This document shows, piece after piece, positions 63,909 through 64,000 of a stretch of 64,000 nucleotides of DNA (the first letter of the stretch is position 1; each line of letters starts with the position of its first letter). The notes below the pieces were generated by a model. The model worked only from the letters and a program-made list of their open reading frames with translations, was not told where the DNA came from and did not search any database. The DNA is taken from IMG/VR virus record IMGVR_UViG_3300017987_000047; one strand, given 5' to 3'. A program made the translations under genes and the position numbers. Source of the stretch: a virus. Its lineage: Duplodnaviria > Heunggongvirae > Uroviricota > Caudoviricetes.

Positions 63909-63993
63909 GGTGGGTATGGCGGAATTGGTATACGCGCAAGACTGTGGATCTTGTGGGCAATAGCCCTTGTGGGTTCGAACCCCACTATCCACC
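63909..63993 (+). tRNA. tRNA-His(GTG) with genomic G-1:C73 and a long variable arm
   Basis: G-GTGGGTA/TATCCAC-C, CAAGA-CTGTGGA-TCTTG, V arm GGGC-AATA-GCCC. Confidence 0.9.
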
Positions 63994-64000
63994 CTTTCAG

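Noticed and set aside
1-64000. Genome-wide stop-codon reassignment (code 15 or 4)
   Set aside because: TAA, TAG and TGA all end genes that abut or overlap the next start, and coding density is high under code 11; only three isolated internal stops were seen.

Overview
This looks like an accessory region of a large (jumbo/huge) bacteriophage. That is an inference: genes are densely packed, often overlapping and almost all on the + strand, most are small orphan ORFs, and no structural or replication genes appear in the window. The standard genetic code fits. Recognisable content includes 12 tRNA genes, none encoding CCA. tRNA-Thr carries a group I intron, a tRNA-Pro carries a 29-nt insertion, and tRNA-His has a long variable arm. 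The window also holds a type-A RNase P RNA, Thg1, a PNKP-like kinase/phosphatase, a CCA/poly(A)-polymerase-like nucleotidyltransferase, an RlmN-like radical SAM enzyme, NAD kinase, ferredoxin-NADP reductase, dephospho-CoA kinase, an HD nucleotidase, a helicase/Eco57I-type methyltransferase cassette, a double-HNH protein, an ECF-sigma-like protein and a TnpB-only IS200/IS605 element. Four things stand out as possibly novel. (1) A ~14-residue 'LT-box' motif, [YFL]LT-x5-[IVL]R-xx-[AV]K, occurs in about 42 otherwise diverse proteins and may be a shared docking or sorting tag. (2) Three short leader peptides follow one shared upstream motif, and their codons match the tRNA genes further downstream (Trp; Thr/Pro/Ala; His/Leu/Lys/Gly), suggesting tRNA-sensing regulation of tRNA operons. 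(3) Two diverged ~300-nt non-coding elements lie 43 kb apart. (4) An 8-copy bipartite promoter motif has an exact 17-bp spacer. All annotation was done by eye without database searches.
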